Below, piece by piece: positions 23,120 through 35,478 of a DNA stretch of 64,000 nt. The number at the start of each line of letters is the position of its first letter. Position 1 is the first letter of the stretch. The stretch lies in NCBI GenBank assembly GCA_002269645.1, contig NIVC01003261.1:1-64000 (forward strand), read 5' to 3'. Origin of the DNA: Macrostomum lignano. Lineage: Eukaryota. A model generated the notes under the pieces. It did not search any database and was not told where the DNA came from. It saw nothing but the letters and a program-made list of their open reading frames with translations. The position numbers and the translations under genes are program-made.

Positions 23120-25916
23120 CTGGAGTGTTTGCAATTTTTGTGAAGGCAAAAAAATCAATTTTCATTGATGAAAGTCAGGGACAAATTGGGTATTATAAAA
23201 TTCTATCAAAGCATTATACATAGCTAATATGCATATCCAAAAGAAATATTTATTTATTGTTTAATTAATTATATTGCTTCCTACATTAACTGAATACCAC
23301 TATTCATTCAGCATAGGTTTCAATATAAAATGACCATTAACCCTTTTTTACCAAAGGCAAAGTGTGTTTGTCACAAAAGCAACATATGTCACCAAAAAAA
23401 CTATTTGTCACTGAAACAAATTGTTACCAAAATGACCTTTACCTATGCTTGATTTATGCTTGATTTAGCTTGAAAGATTTGTCTCTAGCAAAAAGTCTAT
23501 CAGTTGGGTGGGTAGACTTAGTTGTTAATCAGTGTGAGGCAAATTCAGTAGACTTATAACTCAAACTATCATGCAATTTAATTATCTTAGTGTACTAACA
23601 AAACCATGGTTGGCCTCCACTTGCACCTACAACCATTGTATATTATTGATTTTTTATCTTGACTATAGGATTAGGTTGATATAAATGCAGTTTCTTATAT
23701 CAAATTATTTTTTGTAAAATTATTATAGTGATATTAATATATTGTAGAGCAGTATTGTGGATTATTAAATGTTATAAAGTTCAAAAAGTGTCTTTAGCAT
23801 TGATAGTAACATTGTATCCAATACAGGATGTTTCCAAATTGGTTCTTTAGAAAACACCTTGCCATATAAATTTGCCAAAGGTGAGCCTCAAAAAATTATT
23901 ACTTGCTTTAGATATGCAATTTCTAGATCCCACAGTTTAGTTGGCATGCTTGGGTGCAACCTAGGGATTCACCTAACCATTTTTATTGGCAACACATAAA
24001 AGTTGCTATTGAATTAAATAATAGTCATGTGACTGCTTTTAGCCACTAGCAACTTACATGCATATATTTCTAATGTAGAAGAAATAGCTGAGTGATTCCC
24101 AAGGTTATACATGTCTATTAGTTGCCTATTAAGGATCATTGATTATAATTATTGTTGTCAGTGCAAAGTGGATATCTAGTCTTTGAATTGTATTGCATTG
24201 CGGTTGAAATAAGTGCAAATTTAAGTAAGAAATAATTATTTAATATAGAAAATTACATTTATCTATTTTTTTTCATTGACAATTGACAATTGATCTGTTG
24301 AAACTCAATCTTTCTATTGAATCTATTATAATATTATCATTAAACTAAACAGAAACAACAAATTTAAAGAAGATAATGCACAAAAGTAAAAGATTGCCAT
24401 TATCTAGAAATTAATATAGATTCAATTTAAAATACCTATAAAATTTTTAATTAAAAATAGATTGATTAAAATACCAATATTCTATATACAATTTAAATAC
24501 CACTTTGTTATCAAAGTCAACTGTTACCTGGAGGGGGTGGGACAGCTATGCCCCTTAGGCAGAGATTAGAAAAAAATCAAAAGAGAGACCAAGCAAATAT
24601 TCACCAATATATAGAGCCACCTTGTTTAACCCCTTCCTCTTCTTAGGTTTTTACCTTCTGAGATCTACCCTCCCCCCTTCTTAACAAATTAATGATTGTA
24701 CTATTGCAAGTAACAATTTTAACAACTAAGGCCTAATAAAATAAATAGAAAAGAACATGGCCTTGTATAACTTACAACCTAAAAATCTTAACTTCCATTA
24801 ATGGCAAAATTGTTAGCATTAAAACAAAAAATCTTAACTTATTACCTATTAATTTTGTTAAGTTAGGTGAAAGTTAACTGATAATCATTAATAAGCATTA
24901 ATCTGTTAAGGTTAACACAGAAAATATAGAAATCTTACATTTTTTCAAAACAGATTATATAATTATAATGCATTGTCTTTGCTTTTCCATCTTTTTAGTG
25001 AAACACAAAGGTCACAAAGCAATAAAATTTACCATTTTTATTCATTATTAAAGTTCATTAGGCCTAGTAAGAAGTAGTTACATTTGCATGATCATTATCA
25101 TAAACAAAAATATTAATTCGGCATTTAGGTAAATTCAAATACATTTGTGTAATGTTGTAACTTCTCTTCAGACTTATATTTTGTTCTTTATTTGCATCTT
25201 TGCCATCGTTGGTCATCGACATTGCCATTAACATTAACAGTGAATTTGTTGTTAACTCACAAAATTTTGAATGCAAATTCGTTAATCCGTTATTTTAAAA
25301 AATCTTAATGGAATAATGGCAGTCCATTGTTGTTAATGAAAATCTTAACGTTTATTAACGGATTAACGCTAATTAACGAACTGGTGCCCAACACTGCCAA
25401 TATATATATAGCCTCACACACAGAAACACTAAACCAAAAAATTAAGTTTTGAATCATGGATCTTAGAATCACGAAACATAGACATCTACTTAATAAATCC
25501 TGTAAAAATACTAAGGTCAAAACATTTAAATTTAGGAGACAAAAAGTTAAACATCGTGAAATGGTTCTGTTTTGGTGTCAGAAAAATAAAAAGGCCAAAT
25601 TTTAATAGGCCTAGGTAAAAGCGGATCTAAATTTTAAATTATAAATCGCACGCTTAATCTTGTTTGTATTTTGCCAATATTCTTAGAAGTGATAGTTCAA
25701 ACAAAGTATACTATACTTTTTATGTATATTGTCAACTTCCTTGCCTGAAAGGTTAAAGTATTTGATTTTTGTAGTATTTTTAAGAGGCGAACACAATAAT
25801 TGTTAATTTTTTAATTTTAAGCTTTTTGTGCTGCTGTTAAATTTTGTTTTTCCTGGCTTTTTTATTTCTCAATTTTCAGCTTTTTATCAAACTCCGGCAG
25901 CGGAATTTAGTTAGCA

Positions 25917-28900
25917 ATGGCTGTAGTCGGAACTAATGAATATTTCCCGCCACAAAGCCCAAACTTTATGTACCACAATGCAGCTGATTTTGCTATGTCG
26001 CTTACAGGCAGTGGATTTTGTAAGTCGTCTTGCTACTTCTCTAACTTTTGTACCTAATTAGGCTGTTACTTCTTGTTCTTAATCTTACTTCTCTTTGTTT
26101 CGATGCAATAGTTAGGCCTAATTTTTCCGATAGGGATATGTGTAATACTAATAGTTAGAGATTTTTCAAATAATTTACAATAAATAGGTTCACATTGGCT
26201 GCAAACGACCATTATTTTAAGTAGATCTTTCCTTATATGTAGTCCTTGCTATGTAAGTGTGCCTTTGTCTCACTTACGAGCTCTGACTCATCACCTGTGA
26301 AAAAACCCTCATTATCATAGTATCAACAAATCAACTGCAAAACTTCAACGCGCCGCCTCCGACGCCGCCTGGCGCGGGCAACTCCGGCTCCTCGGGCGCC
26401 GGCTCCGGCTATGGCGGCGGCAGCGACTCCGGCGAGCCGTCCCCACCGTCGATCATTTTCCAGCCGCCGGCGCGTCCGGGCCGCGGTCAGGAGGGTCGGC
26501 ACATCAGCCTGCGGGCCAACCACTTCGAAATTCGCTTGCCGAAAGGCTTTCTGCATCACTACGACGTGAACATTACGCCGGACAAATGCCCCCGACGAGT
26601 GAACCGCGAGATCATCAACACAATGGTGAACTCCATGCACCATCAGACTGTGTTCTTCAACCAGCGCCCCGTGTTCGACGGTCGCAAGAATCTGTACACC
26701 CGGGACCCGCTGCCGTTTGGCACGGATCGTCTGGAACTGGAGGTGACCCTGCCGGGCGAGGGCAGCAGCAAGGACCGGGTGTTCCGCGTGTCGCTGAAGT
26801 ATCTCGGCGAGGTCTCGCTGTTCGCCCTTGAAGAGGCTCTCGAAGGCCGTCGCCGGAACATCCCGGCGGATGCTGTGAACGCATTGGACGTGATCATGCG
26901 CCACCTGCCCAGCCTGCAGTACACCCCAGTTGGCCGGTCATTCTTCCAGCAGCCCGACCAGGACTCCACCGACCACCCGCTGGGCAACGGTCGCGAAGTT
27001 TGGTTCGGCTTCCACCAGAGCGTGCGGCCCAGCCACTGGAAGATGATGCTCAACATCGACGTGTCTGCCACCGCCTTCTACAAGGCGCAGAGTGTCTGCG
27101 ATTTTCTGCGCGACGTGCTCGAACTGCCAGATCTAGAAGAGTTTGATAGGCGACCTTTGAGCGACTGCAATCGGGTGAAGTTCACCAAAGAGATTAAAGG
27201 TCTGAAGGTGGAGATCACTCACTGCGGCCAGATGCGGCGCAAGTACCGGGTCTGCAATGTGACGCGCAGGTCGGCTAGCGCGCAGAGCTTTCCATTGCAG
27301 ATGGAGAATGGCCAAACTGTTGATTGCACTGTTGCCAAGTACTTTGCCGAGAGGTACCGCATGCGACTGCGCTATCCGATGCTGCCCTGTCTGCAGGTGA
27401 GCTGAAATTCACTGGATTGATATGAGCAGATAGAGCACGAGAATTGCCCCTTGCCCTTCTGTAGCTGGCGCCTTGCCCTTCTGTAGCTGGCGCCTTGCCC
27501 TTCTGTAGCTGGCGCCTTGCCCTTCTGCAGCTGGCGCCTTGGCCTTCTGTAGCTGGCGCCTTACCCTTCTGTAGCTGGCGCCTTGCCCTTCTGTAGCTGG
27601 CGCCTTACCCTTCCGCAGCTGGCGCCTTGCCCTTCTGCAGCTGGCGCCTTGCCCTTCTGTAGCTGGCGCCTTACCCTTCCGCAGCTGGCGCCTTGCCCTT
27701 CTGCAGCTGGCGCCTTACCCTTCCGCAGCTGGCGCCTTGCCCTTCTGCAGCTGGCGCCTTGCCGTTCTGCAGCTGGCGCCTTACCCTTCCGCAGCTGGCG
27801 CCTTGCCCTTCTGCAGCTGGCGCCTTGCCCTTCCGCAGCTGGCGCCTTGCCCTTCCGCAGCTGGCGCCTTGCCCTTCTGCAGCTAGCTCCCCTTTGTAGC
27901 TGGCGCCTTGCCCTTCTGCAGCTGGCGCCTTGCCCTTCTGTAGCTGGCGCCTTACCCTTCCGCAGCTGGCGCCTTGCCCTTCTGCAGCTGGCGCCTTACC
28001 CTTCCGCAGCTGGCGCCTTGCCCTTCTGCAGCTGGCGCCTTGCCGTTCTGCAGCTGGCGCCTTACCCTTCCGCAGCTGGCGCCTTGCCCTTCTGCAGCTG
28101 GCGCCTTGCCCTTTCGCAGCTGGCGCCTTGCCCTTCCGCAGCTGGCGCCTTGCCCTTCTGCAGCTAGCTCCCCTTTGTAGCTGGCGCCTTGCCCTTCTGC
28201 AGCTGGCGCCTTGCCCTTCTGCAGCTAGCTCCCCTTTGTAGCTGGCGCGCTCCCCTTTGTAGCTGGCGCCTTGCCCTTCTGTAGCTGACGCCTTGCCCTT
28301 CTGCAGCTGGCGCCTTGCCCTTCTGTAGCTGACGCCTTGCCCTTCTGCAGCTGGGGCCTTACCCTTCTGCAGCTGGCGCCTTACCCTTCTGCAGCTGGCG
28401 CCTTACCCTTCTGCAGCTGGCGCCTTGCCCTTCCGCAGCTGGCGCCTTGCCCTTCTGCAGCTAGCTCCCCTTTGTAGCTGGCGCCTTGCCCTTCTGCAGC
28501 TGGCGCCTTGCCCTTCTGTAGCTGGCGCCTTACCCTTCCGCAGCTGGCGCCTTGCCCTTCTGCAGCTGGCGCCTTACCCTTCCGCAGCTGGCGCCTTGCC
28601 CTTCTGCAGCTGGCGCCTTGCCGTTCTGCAGCTGGCGCCTTACCCTTCCGCAGCTGGCGCCTTGCCCTTCTGCAGCTGGCGCCTTGCCCTTTCGCAGCTG
28701 GCGCCTTGCCCTTCCGCAGCTGGCGCCTTGCCCTTCTGCAGCTAGCTCCCCTTTGTAGCTGGCGCCTTGCCCTTCTGCAGCTGGCGCCTTGCCCTTCTGC
28801 AGCTAGCTCCCCTTTGTAGCTGGCGCGCTCCCCTTTGTAGCTGGCGCCTTGCCCTTCTGTAGCTGACGCCTTGCCCTTCTGCAGCTGGCGCCTTGCCCTT

Positions 28901-31900
28901 CTGTAGCTGACGCCTTGCCCTTCTGCAGCTGGGGCCTTACCCTTCTGCAGCTGGCGCCTTACCCTTCTGCAGCTGGCGCCTTACCCTTCTGCAGCTGGCG
29001 CCTTGCCCTTCTGCAGCTGGCGCCTTACCCTTCTGCAGCTAGCTCCCCTTTGTAGCTGGCGCTCTTTTGTAGCTCGGGTTCCATTGAAAGGATAAATTAA
29101 AATCTACAAAGTCTATAAGGTATAAATTGGCTCAAAACATCATGCACTACACTCATACAGGTTGGCCAAGAGAACAAGCACACCTACCTGCCATTGGAGG
29201 TGTGCAACATTGTCAGCGGGCAGCGCTGCATCAAGAAGCTGACGGATTCGCAGACTTCAACGATGATTAAAGCTACGGCTAGGTCGGCTCCGGACCGAGA
29301 ACGCGAGATCAATAATTTGGTTAGGAAGGCCAACTTTAGTCACGATAATCATCTGCAAACGTTTGGCATACAGGTATGTTTCTTTTTCTAGAAATTTGCA
29401 TGAATATGAGCTAAGATTTTAGTTACTTTGGAGGGTCATTGCTTTTGGATTTAAGAGGGCCCGCTGTTGGGCCCTATGTACTCCACTCTGATCCTTTTTT
29501 AGATAGAGGCAGGGGGCTGTGTGCTATAGTTACTCCAGCCGTTTACTTAAAAATACGTGAATTTTTTCTTAGTTTTCTTTCATAAGTAAGTCACATGGCC
29601 TGTGAAAATCAGGGGAGGATTGCGTGAGTATGATTGTATAAATAGTTTCACAAAAAATCTGTGCACATTTGTCCAGGTCCAGACCCGCATGGCCGACATC
29701 GGTGGCCGGGTCCTACCGGCACCAAAGATCCAATACGGCGGCCGCACCCGGGCCCAGGCGCTGCCCCAGCAGGGGGTTTGGGACATGCGCGGCAAGCAGT
29801 TCTTTGCCGGCATCGAGATCAAAGTCTGGGCCATCGCCTGTTTCGCCGCCCAGCGCACGGTGCGCGAGGACTCGCTGAGGCAGTTCACCCAGCAGCTGCA
29901 GCGGATCAGCCAGGATGCCGGCATGGCCATCACCGGTCAGCCCTGCTTCTGCAAGTACGCCAACGGCCAGGACCAGGTGGAGCCGATGTTCCGCTATCTG
30001 AAGAATATGTTTCACGGACTGCAGCTCATTGTGGTGGTGCTGCCCGGCAAGACTCCGGTTAGTGGCTTATTAAGCAATTATTTTGTTTGTGTTATTTACT
30101 CTTATCTTCAAGCCACTTTTTGTACACGTGTCCCAAATTAAAGTAGCTATGGCTACACAATGCTGCGGCTCCAGAGACCGCTGACTGATTGACTGACTGA
30201 ATGACTGACTGACTGACTGACTGACTGACTGACTGACTGACTGACTGACTGACTGACTGACTGAATTTATTCCCTAAATGTCTGCCCAATTAACATTATC
30301 ACCCTCCTCGCCCCTCCTCGCAGGTGTACGCCGAGGTGAAGCGAGTGGGGGACATCATGTTCGGCCTGGCCACCCAGTGCGTGCAGGCTCGCAACGTTAA
30401 TAAAACATCGCCGCAGACGCTGAGCAACCTCTGCCTGAAGATCAACGTCAAGCTCGGCGGCATCAACTCCATCCTGGTGCCGGGCGTTCGTCCGCCAGTG
30501 TTTCGTGAGCCGGTCATCTTCCTTGGCGGCGACGTGACGCATCCGCCAGCCGGAGACCGAACCAAGCCCTCCATCGCAGCCGTGGTTGCCAGCATGGACG
30601 CCCATCCCAGCCGTTATGCCGCCAGCGTTCGAGTTCAAGGCCATCGTGAAGAGAAGATCACCGAACTGTGCACCATGGTCCGGGAATTGCTGTTGCACTT
30701 TTATCGCAGCACCCGGTTCAAGCCTACTAGGATTGTGTACTATCGAGACGGCGTTAGCGAAGGCCAGTTCCAAGCTGTTCAGTCCCATGAGCTTCGGGCA
30801 CTGCGCGAGGCCTGCACCAGGCTGGAGCTGGGCTACCAGCCCGGCATAACCTTCATCGCCGTGCAGAAGCGCCATCACACTCGCCTGTTCTGCGCCGACG
30901 CCAAGGACAAGACTGGCCGCAGCGGCAACATCCCGGCTGGCACCACCGTTGATCAGACGATTACTCATCCCACCGAGTTCGACTTCTATCTGTGCAGCCA
31001 CGCTGGCATTCAGGCAAGTCTTCTGTTGCTGTGCTTAGCAACGGCTTTTGTTTGCCTTAGTTACGGCTGTTAAAACCTGTCTTTCTCATCTTAGCAATGA
31101 ATTTTGTTTACCTTAGTTACGTTTTTTAAATGTGTCTTCCTCATCTTAGCAACGGCTTTTGTTTACCTTAGTTACGACTGTTTAAATCTGTCTTCTATCT
31201 TAACAACGAACTTTGTTTACCTTAGTTACGGCTGCTTAAATATGTCTTTCTCATCTTAGCAATGAATTTTGTTTACCTTAGTTACGTTTTTTAAATGTGT
31301 CTTCCTCATCTTAGCAACGGCTTTTGTTTACCTTAGTTACGACTGTTTAAATCGTCTTCTATCTTAACAACGAACTTTGTTTACCTTAGTTACGGCTGCT
31401 TAAATCTGTCTTCCTCATCTTAGCAATGAATTTTGTTTACCTTAGTTGCGTTTTTTACATGTGTCTTCCTCATCTTAGCAACGGCCTTTGTTTACCTTAG
31501 TTACGAATGTTTAAATCTGTCTTCTATCTCAGCAACGAATTTTGTTTACCTTAGTTGGTGTTTTCTATCTTACCAAAGTATTTTGTTTACCCTAGTTACG
31601 ACTGTTAAAATCTGTGTTTTCCATCTTAGAAACGACTTTTGTTTATCTTAGTTACATCTCAATTTATTAATCTTTATGTCGGCAACGTATCAAGCTGCAT
31701 TGTCTAATTACCATAGTTACGTCACTTAACAGCGGATGTAACTACAATAATCTCCATAGCAACCGTGTGTGTAATAAAAACGAATCCCCAACCCGAACCT
31801 GCAGGGCACCAGCCGGCCATCGCACTATCACGTATTGTGGGACGACAACAAGTTCTCAGCCGATGAGCTGCAGGTGCTGACCTACCAGCTGTGTCATACC

Positions 31901-32113
31901 TATGTCCGCTGCACCCGCTCCGTGAGCATCCCGGCTCCAGCCTACTATGCTCACCTGGTGGCCTTCCGGGCTCGCTACCACCTGGTTGAGAAGGAGGTCG
32001 ACTCGGGCGAAGGCTCGCAGAAGAGCGGCAACTCGGACGAGCGGACCCCTACCGCCATGCTGCGTGCGGTCACCGTGCACCCCGAGACCATGCGGGTCAT
32101 GTACTTCGCTTGA
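25917..32113 (+). CDS. AGO: Argonaute, AGO clade, slicer-type
   Basis: Exons 25917-26019, 26321-27396, 29161-29373, 29677-30057, 30324-31013 (GC donor) and 31805-32113 join in frame. N, PAZ, MID and PIWI motifs present. Tetrad residues: GGDVTH (D), GHREE (E), YRDGVS (D), YAHLV (H). Confidence 0.97.
27447..29070. repeat. 22-bp minisatellite (GCAGCTGGCGCCTTGCCCTTCT) with higher-order duplication, AGO intron 2
   Basis: Tandem units; identical ORF-track translations recur at an offset of 578 bp. Confidence 0.95.
30182..30263. repeat. (GACT)n microsatellite, AGO intron 4
   Basis: Direct reading. Confidence 0.95.
31030..31650. repeat. ~54-bp degenerate minisatellite (core CTTAGCAAC...TTTACCTTAGTTACG), AGO intron 5
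   Basis: Direct reading; begins ~15 nt after the GC donor. Confidence 0.85.
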
Positions 32114-32465
32114 AGGAGGGTTTTTGATTCTGTAAAAATCAACTCAACTGCTATTTATTCACTAGAGAATTTTTTTGCCCACTGTTAACAACAATAATTA
32201 AACCAGCCCAGTCTTCATATTTTAGCTTTTGGGCAGCGTCAGTGTATAAATTCACATTGTTTTTATTTGTTTGTATCTATTCATTTTTTCTGATCACTTT
32301 TGATTACCATAAAAATGCGTCAATTTTTTTAACTGTTGTGTGTGGTAGTGTTATTGTTATTGCAATGGCGACAGCGCGTCTTTTATCCCTTCTTTATGTA
32401 CTTTTCTCCTTATCAACCGCGTTTGTTTAGCTTAATTGCGTGTGATTTTTTTAACCGTCTATGTT

Positions 32466-32726
32466 GATAGCTTCCCTTAGCAACCAATATAATTACCTTA
32501 GTTACGGGTTGCCTCAAGGCGATAGCTTCCCTTAGCAACCAATATAATTACCTTAGTTACGGGTTGCCCCGAGGCGATAGCTTCCCTTAGCAACCATTAT
32601 AATTACCTTAGTTACGGGTTGCCTCAAGGCGATAGCTTCCCTTAGCAACCAATATAATTACCTTAGTTACGGAATGCGTCGAGGCGATAGCTTCCCTTAG
32701 CAACGGCTATAATTACTCTAGTTACG
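32466..32726. repeat. 55-bp tandem repeat, 5 copies, downstream of AGO
   Basis: Units start at 32466, 32521, 32576, 32631 and 32686. The core is shared with the intron-5 array. Confidence 0.9.
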
Positions 32727-33789
32727 GGTTGTACTAAAATTGATCATTACAAGATTTTAGAATAGATTAATAAGAAGTTCGAAGTTCGAATCTCGGCCAG
32801 ATGCGACAAGAACCCGCGGCCGCAACCCTGTTGGTTTGCGTCAAAATGTTTTTTTTTCGTTTTTTGTCTCCTCCGACGTTGAAGCCGCCCAGCCGGTGGC
32901 GCCATGGCTTTTGGCCACCGAGCCTCGGAGATGAAATTCTGACAAGAGGTTTGGGCGGCTGCTGCTGGTCGGGACCCTTGGCCGGCCCGGGTTCGAATCT
33001 CGCTTCTCTATGGCCAAGTTTTGATCGTCGAACGTTGATCAACCGTAGCCCGACCTGCGTGAAGGTGGCAGTTTATTTCATCTGCTTGCTCTAATTTTTG
33101 GCTGTAGAGAGTTCTGATATTCAATCCGCACTATGAACCTTGCTGGCAGCAACAACAAATTTGCTGTATGCTCTTCTGAAATCAAATTTTATACAAACAG
33201 TTTTTTCTGTGTATAATTAAATTGTAATTGATCAAGAACTCCCGACTTCTTGGCACAATTCCTTCGATTGAAAGGCTCGCACCTGCTAATCCAGTTTTTT
33301 TAATCAGCTTTTTAAATTCCCAAACCAGCAAAAATTAAATTTTATGATTTTTTCTCTTTTTTGTGCGCGTGTTCTGCCTACTACAAGTAGTGTGCGCTGT
33401 TTTTAATATAAAGTTATTTTACAAATCTCTATTTATCTATTAGAAATCGTTGTGTGTTTTTTCTGAAGCTGTTGCGATTTTTAGTAGCTTTAAAATGATT
33501 AAATTAATTAATTATAACTATTATTGTTAATAAATCTCATTGTTGAATCACTGATCATTAGTTACAGTTCCTCCAATGCTTTAACGAGCAATTGCTTAAT
33601 TGCTATAACCTTTACTTCTAAAACGGCGAGAACGATGTTTTATTGTGAATAATAAATTAATATGAAATCTAATTACGCTGTGAGTGCAACCTATATATCC
33701 TATATATCCTATATGATTTGTTTTTCTTAGTTGAAATCCTTGCTCTGACCGCTGAATTTTGACTCGAATAAAGTGCAGAGTCGTTCAGA

Positions 33790-34905
33790 TTTAAACTTGT
33801 CAGTTAGACCACCCAGAAGTGCCAGCTGTTCCGGTCCAATCAGCTGGAATTCCCAACCGGAAGTGCCTGCTGATCCGGTCCGATCAGCTGGAATTCTCAA
33901 CCGGAAGTGCAAGCTGTTCCGATCCAATCAGCTGGAATTCTCAACCGGAAGTGTAAGCTGTTCCGGTCCAATCAGCTGGAATTCTCAACCGGAAGTGCCA
34001 ACTGAATCCGATCCAATCAACTGGAATTCTCAACCGGAAGTGCAAGCTGTTCCGATCCAATCAGCTGGAATTCTCAACCGGAAGTGCAAGCTGTTCCGAT
34101 CCAATCAGCTGGAATTCTCAACCGGAAGTGCAAGCTGTTCCTATCCAATCAGCTGGAATTCTCAACCGGAAGTGCCAACTGAATCCGATCCAATCAACTG
34201 GAATTCTCAACCGGAAGTGCCAACTGAATCCGATCCAATCAACTGGAATTCTCAACCGGAAGTGCCTGCTGATCCGGTCCGATCAGCTGGAATTCTCAAC
34301 CGGAAGTGCCTGCTGATCCGGTCCGATCAGCAGGAATTCTCAACCGGAAGTGCCAACTGAATCCGATCCAATCAACTGGAATTCTCAACCGGAAGTGCCT
34401 GCTGATCCGGTCCGATCAGCTGGAATTCTCAACCGGAAGTGCCTGCTGATCCGGTCCGATCAGCAGGAATTCTCAACCGGAAGTGCCTACTGATCCGGTC
34501 CGATCAGCAGGAATTCTCAACCGGAAGTGCCTACTGATCCGGTCCGATCAGCAGGAATTCTCAACCGGAAGTGCCTGCTGATCCGGTCCGATCAGCTGGA
34601 ATTCTCAACCGGAAGTGCCTGCTGATCCGGTCCGATCAGCTGGAATTCTCAACCGGAAGTGCCTGCTGATCTGGTCCAATCAGCTGGAATTCTCAACCGG
34701 AAGTGCCTGCTGATCCGGTCCGATCAGCTGGAATTCTCAACCGGAAGTGCCTGCTGATCCGGTCCGATCAGCTGGAATTCTCAACCGGAAGTGCCTGCTG
34801 ATCCGGTCCGATCAGCTGGAATTCTCAACCGGAAGTGCATGCTGATCTGGTCCAATCAGCTGGAATTATCAACCGGAAGTGCCTGCTGATCCGGTCCAAT
34901 CACCG
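33790..34905. repeat. ~44-bp minisatellite containing ACCGGAAGTG, ~25 copies
   Basis: Period 44 (TCAACCGGAA at 34561 and 34605). Confidence 0.95.
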
Positions 34906-35478
34906 GGAAGTAAAGATTTTTTCTTGTTCTTCATTAACAGCAGCAGGACAACTTTGGCCTGTTGTGACATGTAATTTGACGTCTTCACTCCAGGGACCTT
35001 CTTAAACTTATCTAAGATTTACATGTACACAAAATCTAAGTAATAATTAGTGGTTTTAAATTTAAAAGTCTACATGTACTTGTTCTAAATAATGAATGAC
35101 CGCAGAGCAGATTGTAGAAAACAACGTGAAAAAATAGCAAGTAACGTATATGTATACACCTCTGTATTTGCTTTTGTGAAAGAAAGTTGCTGAAAAATGA
35201 CACAAAACATCTCAATGTGAAAGCATTGAAAGTTGAATGGCAACAATATCAGTTAATTTGTGAAGCATAATCGAGACTCAATCTAAACGCTCGGGTTAGC
35301 AAAAATAGCTGATATTGATTCTCCAAAAGCGGTTTTACTGTATCCATCTATAGATAGCAAATCTTATAAGACAGGAATTTGAAAAATTGGGTGTCAGGGA
35401 GGGGAGCAAATGGGGATCGGGATGTCGAGAAAGCAGTCAGGTACACAACCGGATGTCAGGGGGACACTGTAATGTCAT

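Noticed and set aside
25064-25276. ORF as the missing first exon of translin
   Set aside because: No translin similarity and no clearly supported donor; left unassigned.
25240-25404. hAT-like end (..CCCAACACTG) with TTAAC-rich subterminal motifs in the TSN-AGO interval
   Set aside because: No matching left TIR with TSD was found, so the boundaries cannot be supported.
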